Shown here: piece by piece, positions 62,690 to 64,000 of the stretch
How the letters are laid out: each line of letters opens with the position of its first letter
How positions within the stretch are numbered: position 1 is the stretch's first letter
DNA from: a virus
DNA length: 64,000 nucleotides
IMG/VR virus record: IMGVR_UViG_3300045988_175656
Direction: 5' to 3' (one strand)
Position numbers and translations under genes: made by a program
The notes under the pieces: generated by a model
The model's input: the letters and a program-made list of their open reading frames with translations, nothing else
What the model was told of the DNA's origin: nothing
Databases searched by the model: none

Positions 62690-64000
62690 ATGAGTAAAAA
62701 TTATTTATATGACCAAGTATATGAAAGTTGCTTGAAGTACTTTGATGGTGATGAACTAGCGGCAACTACTTGGATTAAAAAATATTGTTTAAAAAACAAT
62801 GATGGAACATATAGTGAATTAAATCCTGATGATATGCATAAACGAATGGCAAAAGAATTTGCTAAAGTGGAACATATCTATGAATATAACACAAATGATG
62901 ATTTGAAGTTAAAATTATCTGAGTATGGTTATAATAGAGGGGTGTTGGATGAAGAAGGTATATATAAGTTGTTTAAAGATTTTAAATATGTCATACCTGG
63001 TGGTTCTGTTATGTCAGGTTTAGGTAATCCATTACCTGTTAGTTTGTCAAATTGTTGGGTTATTGATGGACCTAATGATTCGATTGATGATATATTTAGA
63101 GTTTGCAATGAACAGAGCCAATTAATGAAACGTAGGGGTGGAGTTGGTTTTGATATATCAAAATTAAGACCATATGGTTCTATTGTTAATAATTCAGCAA
63201 AAACATCAACAGGTGCAGTTTCTTTCATGGATTTATTTAGCCATGTTACTAATACTATTGCACAAGCAGGTAGACGTGGGGCTTTAATGTTATCCATCTC
63301 AATAAAACATCCAGATGCTAAAGAATTTATTGAGAAAAAACAAGATTTAACGAAAGTAACAGGAGCTAATATTTCAGTTCAAATTGATGATGAATTTATG
63401 AAATTAGCAACATCAAATTACGATAATTTGTATGTACAAAGGTTTCCTATTGATGCAACTAATGAAGAGTTGTTTGGTGCAGATTATGATGATATAATTA
63501 ATTCATGTGAATTGAATAAATTGTATGATGGTAGAACAAAAAATACTTATTTTAAAATTATAAATGCGAAGGAGTTATGGAATGATGTAATTCATTGTGC
63601 GTGGAGTACTGCTGAACCAGGTATTATATTTCAAACTAATCACTATGACTATTCTCCTGATGGCGTTTACCCTTCTTTTAGAGGTTCTTGCACAAACCCA
63701 TGTGGCGAAATCTTTATGCATGAAGATAGTTGTAGATTGATACATATAAATTTAACATCTTTTATTGATAATCCATTTACTGATAATGCGTCAATTAATG
63801 ATGAAAGATTATATGAAATCACTTATGAAGCAATGAGACTTGGTGATGATTTGGTTGATTTAGAAGCTGATGCAATACGAAAAATTTTAGCTAAAATTGA
63901 AAATGATGGGGATGAAAATAACAGTGAATATAAATTATATCAAAGATTATTAAGTCATACATTAGAAGGTAGACGTTGTGGGCTTGGTTTTACTGGTCTT
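62690..64000 (+). CDS. ribonucleotide reductase large subunit, class II (adenosylcobalamin-dependent, NrdJ-like); 3' end outside window
   Basis: Not in the ORF track because it has no stop. Own translation from ATG 62690 gives MSKNYLYDQVYESCLKYFDGDELAATTWIKKY..., GGSVMSGLGN, LSNCWVI, RRGGVGFDISKLRPYGS, STGAVSFMDLF, AGRRGALMLSISIKHPD, and thiyl-radical loop CTNPCGEI. Open to base 64000. Confidence 0.8.
   Translation, partial: MSKNYLYDQVYESCLKYFDGDELAATTWIKKYCLKNNDGTYSELNPDDMHKRMAKEFAKVEHIYEYNTNDDLKLKLSEYGYNRGVLDEEGIYKLFKDFKYVIPGGSVMSGLGNPLPVSLSNCWVIDGPNDSIDDIFRVCNEQSQLMKRRGGVGFDISKLRPYGSIVNNSAKTSTGAVSFMDLFSHVTNTIAQAGRRGALMLSISIKHPDAKEFIEKKQDLTKVTGANISVQIDDEFMKLATSNYDNLYVQRFPIDATNEELFGADYDDIINSCELNKLYDGRTKNTYFKIINAKELWNDVIHCAWSTAEPGIIFQTNHYDYSPDGVYPSFRGSCTNPCGEIFMHEDSCRLIHINLTSFIDNPFTDNASINDERLYEITYEAMRLGDDLVDLEADAIRKILAKIENDGDENNSEYKLYQRLLSHTLEGRRCGLGFTGL

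Noticed and set aside
62929-63297. 122-aa minus-strand ORF near the end of the window
   Set aside because: It is antisense to a clear plus-strand RNR reading frame (62690..64000) that carries conserved RNR motifs. The RNR ORF is missing from the track only because it has no stop inside the window.
1-64000. tRNA, rRNA or other structured RNA genes, and stop-codon reassignment
   Set aside because: All intergenic gaps are short (278 bp at most) and extremely AT-rich, with no cloverleaf-compatible GC stems. All large genes read through as uninterrupted ORFs in the standard code, so there is no sign of TAG/TGA recoding. A dedicated tRNA or covariance-model scan was not possible.

Overview
This window is a strongly AT-rich, densely coding segment of a large tailed dsDNA phage with a contractile tail. 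It uses the standard genetic code, and I saw no rRNA, tRNA or CRISPR array. The host is most likely a member of the Bacteroidota. Start codons are preceded by A-rich leaders with no Shine-Dalgarno sequence. Eight intergenic sites carry the Bacteroidota promoter signature (TTG-N20-21-TAnnTTTG); seven of them extend it to a conserved TTGTATATTTGCA. One tail fibre carries a FISUMP domain of the Fibrobacter/Bacteroidota type. The content falls into four groups. (1) A minus-strand early/nucleotide-metabolism block holds two glycosyltransferases, a HAD-like nucleotidase, a 2H phosphoesterase, GMP reductase, dUTPase and many unknowns. (2) Three large tail-fibre genes carry internal repeats. (3) T4-like replication genes are scattered over several strand-switching blocks: family B polymerase, DnaQ-like exonuclease, SNF2 helicase, gp32-like SSB, thymidine kinase, RecA/UvsX-like ATPase, FEN/RNase H, DnaB-like helicase and a class II-like RNR that runs off the window. 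(4) A tail module syntenic with P2/Mu runs sheath, tube, overlapping chaperone-like ORFs, tape measure, hub proteins. The most notable observations are these. A WCT (class 3-like) intein with a LAGLIDADG core splits the SNF2 Walker A motif. A conserved early-promoter family marks the early genes. A 278-bp non-coding iteron/palindrome island sits inside the tail module. The ORF pair upstream of the tape measure may be joined by a +1 frameshift. The tape measure contains a perfect 80-bp in-frame duplication. Consecutive tail-hub genes carry four peptidoglycan-interacting domains (OmpA-like, LysM/gpX-like, M15, SLT). A 2H phosphoesterase is a candidate signal-degrading anti-defence enzyme. Reverse-strand morons encode an exported retropepsin-like lipoprotein and a secreted beta-rich protein. 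All functional calls rest on motif recognition by eye; no database search was possible.
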